58,791 nucleotides of DNA. Source: Solirubrobacteraceae bacterium. GTDB taxonomy: Bacteria; Actinomycetota; Thermoleophilia; Solirubrobacterales; Solirubrobacteraceae. Below, in pieces: positions 56,871 through 58,791 of this stretch (the stretch's first letter is position 1; each line of letters starts with the position of its first letter). The position numbers and the translations under genes are program-made. A model generated the notes under the pieces. The model did not search any database. It saw only the letters and a list, made by a program, of their open reading frames with translations, and had not been told where the DNA came from. Location of the stretch: NCBI GenBank assembly GCA_040005775.1, contig JBDTYI010000049.1, positions 1 to 58,791 on the forward strand, read 5' to 3'.

Positions 56871-57559
56871 GGCACGGCGCGCCAGGCCGGAAGCTCGATC
56901 GCAACCCGTGCCCCGCGCGCCGACGGCGCTGCGACCAGCCGGCCACCGTGGCGGTCGACGATGTCGGCGGCGATCGCGAGCCCGCGCCCGCGGCGTCCGC
57001 GCCCGGCGCGCGGACGCCGTGTGAGCTGCCCGACAGGCGCCGGCAGCCCCGGTCCCTGGTCGGCGATCTCGATCCGCACCCGGTCGCCCTGGCAGCGCCC
57101 GGCGAGCTCGACGCGCCCGGTGCCGTGCTCGAACGCGTTCGCCACCAGGTTCCCGACCGCCTGCGCGAGGCGGACGCCGTCCCCGCGCACCACGGTTCGC
57201 GACCCTGGTGCAACGACGTCGAGCTCGCAGCCGAACGCGGGCGCGACCGCCCGCCACGTCAGTCCCTGCTCGGCGATCAGGTCGCCGACGTCGACCGGCT
57301 CGTCGCGGTCGGCCGTGTGGCGACCGGCGGGGGCGGCGTCGAGGTCGTCCAGAGCCATCCCGGCGCGGCGCAGCTCGAGGTCGATGCCGCCCCACGCGCC
57401 CGCGTGCAGCGCCAGCTGCGCGGCCATCAGCGGCCCGCGCAGCTCGTGGCAGGCGCGCGCGACGAGCTCGCGTCGGCGCCGCAGCTCTCCGCGGTAGAAC
57501 AGGGCGACGCCCACGGCGATCGCGGTGAGGACCCAGGCCGGCAGCGTAGCGGTCGTCAC
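56867..57559 (-). CDS. Minimal sensor histidine kinase (one TM, no extracytoplasmic or cytoplasmic sensor domain)
   Basis: Trimmed to GTG 57559, which overlaps the regulator stop (GTGA). The TM is LPAWVLTAIAVGVALFY, the H-box is ACHELRGPLMAAQLAL, the N-box is VGNLVANAFEHG, and the G-boxes are DQGPGLP and GRGLAI. Confidence 0.8.
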   Translation of the reverse strand: MTTATLPAWVLTAIAVGVALFYRGELRRRRELVARACHELRGPLMAAQLALHAGAWGGIDLELRRAGMALDDLDAAPAGRHTADRDEPVDVGDLIAEQGLTWRAVAPAFGCELDVVAPGSRTVVRGDGVRLAQAVGNLVANAFEHGTGRVELAGRCQGDRVRIEIADQGPGLPAPVGQLTRRPRAGRGRRGRGLAIAADIVDRHGGRLVAAPSARGARVAIELPAWRAVP

Positions 57560-58317
57560 GAGGTCAGCGACGCGGCGAGCGCGGGCTCGAGGTCGACCAC
57601 GCCGGGACCGTCGACGAGCCGGTAGCCGACCCCCCACACGTTGACGACGAAGCGGTCGCCGTGCGCGCCGAGCTTGGTGCGCAGGCGGCAGGCGTGGGAG
57701 TCCAGCGTCCGCGTGGTGCCGCGTGCCCTGAAGCCCCAGATCGTCCGCAGCAGCTCCTCCTTGGTGAACACGCGCGTGGGCTCTCCGGCGAGCGCGCGCA
57801 GCAGCGCGAACTCCTTCTGGGACACGGGCACCGGTCGCCCGCGCAGACGCACGCTGCGGGCAAGGGTGTCGACCTCGAGGTCACCGACCCGCAGCCGCCC
57901 GGAGCGCCCGCGCCGGTCCCCGCGGCGCAGGAGCGCGCGGACCCGCGCCCGGAGCTCCGGATAGCTCAACGGCTTGGTCACGTAGTCGTCGCAGCCGCGC
58001 TCGAAGCCGCGCAGGCGATCGAGCTCACCCGTTCGCCCGCTGAGGAGGAGGATCGGAAGCCCGGGGTCCACCCGGCTCGCGACACCGTCGGCACGCCGCA
58101 CAGTGCCGAGCAGGTCCAGGCCGGACGCGCCGGGCAGGCCGATGTCGACGATCGCCAGGTCGGGGAAGCGCGTCTCCATGAGCACCAGAGCGTCGGGCGC
58201 GGTACCGGCCACGAGCAGCTCGTAGCCGTCGGCGGTGAGGTTGTCGGCCAGGTAGGTTCGCGTGGCTGCGTCGTCCTCGACGACGAGGATCGTGGCGGTG
58301 GGGTCGGAGGCGGTCAT
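57556..58317 (-). CDS. OmpR/PhoB-family response regulator
   Basis: 253 aa. The receiver domain contains ILVVEDD..DLAIVDIGLPG..DDYVTKP. The winged-helix output domain contains ..SQKEFALLRAL..RTLDSHACRLRTKL..VWGVGYRL. Confidence 0.9.
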   Translation of the reverse strand: MTASDPTATILVVEDDAATRTYLADNLTADGYELLVAGTAPDALVLMETRFPDLAIVDIGLPGASGLDLLGTVRRADGVASRVDPGLPILLLSGRTGELDRLRGFERGCDDYVTKPLSYPELRARVRALLRRGDRRGRSGRLRVGDLEVDTLARSVRLRGRPVPVSQKEFALLRALAGEPTRVFTKEELLRTIWGFRARGTTRTLDSHACRLRTKLGAHGDRFVVNVWGVGYRLVDGPGVVDLEPALAASLTS

Positions 58318-58460
58318 GGTGCTTCTAGGCGCCGGCGGCGCGGATCCGCCCCCACGCGATGAAAGATCAGTTTCAGGGCACCCGGATTGGGAGGGATCGC
58401 GTCTAGGATGCCGACGCCCCGTGAGTGGACCCCCGCGGCGGGGGTGGCGGGATCAAACTC

Positions 58461-58791
58461 ATGGACACGACACGGCGCGGCAACTACGACTCTGGCGAGG
58501 ACTTCGTCCTCGAATACGGCGAGCTTCGGTTCACGTTCAACGAGCGCGATTTCAGCGAGCGCTGCGAGCAGGCGGCGCTCAAGCTCGGCTTCGTGGCCGG
58601 GCGCCTGGAGGAGAACGAGCTCGAGGACCTCGTGAACCTCGCAGTCAACGGGGAGATCCACGAGCCCGCCTCGGCGCTGGGCGAGCATGTCAACGACTGC
58701 TGGCCCGAGCTGGTCGGCCCAAGCGACCGTTCGCTGGTGCACTGGCTGCGCCGCCTGGTCTTCCGCAGTGCCTGGCTGGACCAGCGCGTCA
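58461..58791 (+). CDS. Hypothetical protein, partial (runs off the right window edge)
   Basis: This is my own translation; it is not in the track because it has no stop. ATG 58461 gives MDTTRRGNYDSGEDFVLEYGELRFTFNERDFSERCEQAALKLGFVAGRLEENELEDLVNLAVNGEIHEP..CWPELVGPSDRSLVHWLRRLVFRSAWLDQRV. GC3 in this frame is high and the composition is balanced. The overlapping minus ORF 58314..58742 has a different third-position register and looks like a shadow. I recognise no family. Confidence 0.5.
   Translation, partial: MDTTRRGNYDSGEDFVLEYGELRFTFNERDFSERCEQAALKLGFVAGRLEENELEDLVNLAVNGEIHEPASALGEHVNDCWPELVGPSDRSLVHWLRRLVFRSAWLDQRV

Noticed and set aside
58314-58742. The 142-aa minus-strand ORF next to the response regulator as a possible additional Tad-locus gene.
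   Set aside because: Its third-codon register differs from the register that shows high GC3. The overlapping plus-strand frame (58461 onward) has the coding-like periodicity and composition.

Overview
This is a very GC-rich segment (over 70% G+C by eye, not computed) that is densely coding. Gene content is actinobacterial in type. My guess is a deep-branching Actinomycetota lineage such as Thermoleophilia or Rubrobacteria, but that is inference only. I support about 55 protein genes, almost all core housekeeping. From left to right they are: priA (partial), a secreted GH3 beta-glucosidase, a bPH_2 membrane protein, tag, a secreted BNR/Asp-box propeller, metK, cmk, der, a membrane GGDEF cyclase and ftsH. 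Next comes a minus-strand aromatic amino-acid block (aroH-GNAT-hisC-degV-[leader]-aroF-tyrA-aroA), then an NmrA-like gene, rluB, rlmN, a hydrolase and a VOC protein. After that are the trpS-MFS-scpA-scpB operon, a DUF1360-like gene and the glycine-cleavage operon gcvT-H-PA-PB. A complete dcw cluster follows: mraZ-rsmH-ftsL-ftsI-murE-murF-mraY-murD-ftsW-murG-(ROK kinase)-murC-(murB, inverted)-ftsQ-ftsZ. The right end holds a lipoprotein and a Tad-type module (tadA/B/C, cpaB and an OmpR/HK pair) interrupted by an opposite-strand secreted protein with IPT and TSP3-like repeats. Many ORF-track entries are GC-driven shadow ORFs or have over-extended N-termini. I trimmed these using conserved N-termini and the recurrent 4-nt GTGA/ATGA/TTGA stop-start overlaps. 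I saw no rRNA, tRNA, CRISPR array, transposase, integrase or phage gene. I do not see a convincing new multi-gene system. The best leads are: (1) a Tyr/Trp/Phe-rich leader ORF with alternative pairings upstream of aroF-tyrA-aroA; (2) a heavily structured trpS leader that is not a recognisable T-box; (3) an incomplete Tad module with an embedded calcium-repeat protein and its own two-component system; (4) unusual dcw features, namely inverted murB, an inserted ROK kinase, an exactly coupled bridging small ORF and GTGGG boxes upstream of mraZ; (5) an N-terminal acidic extension on GcvT.
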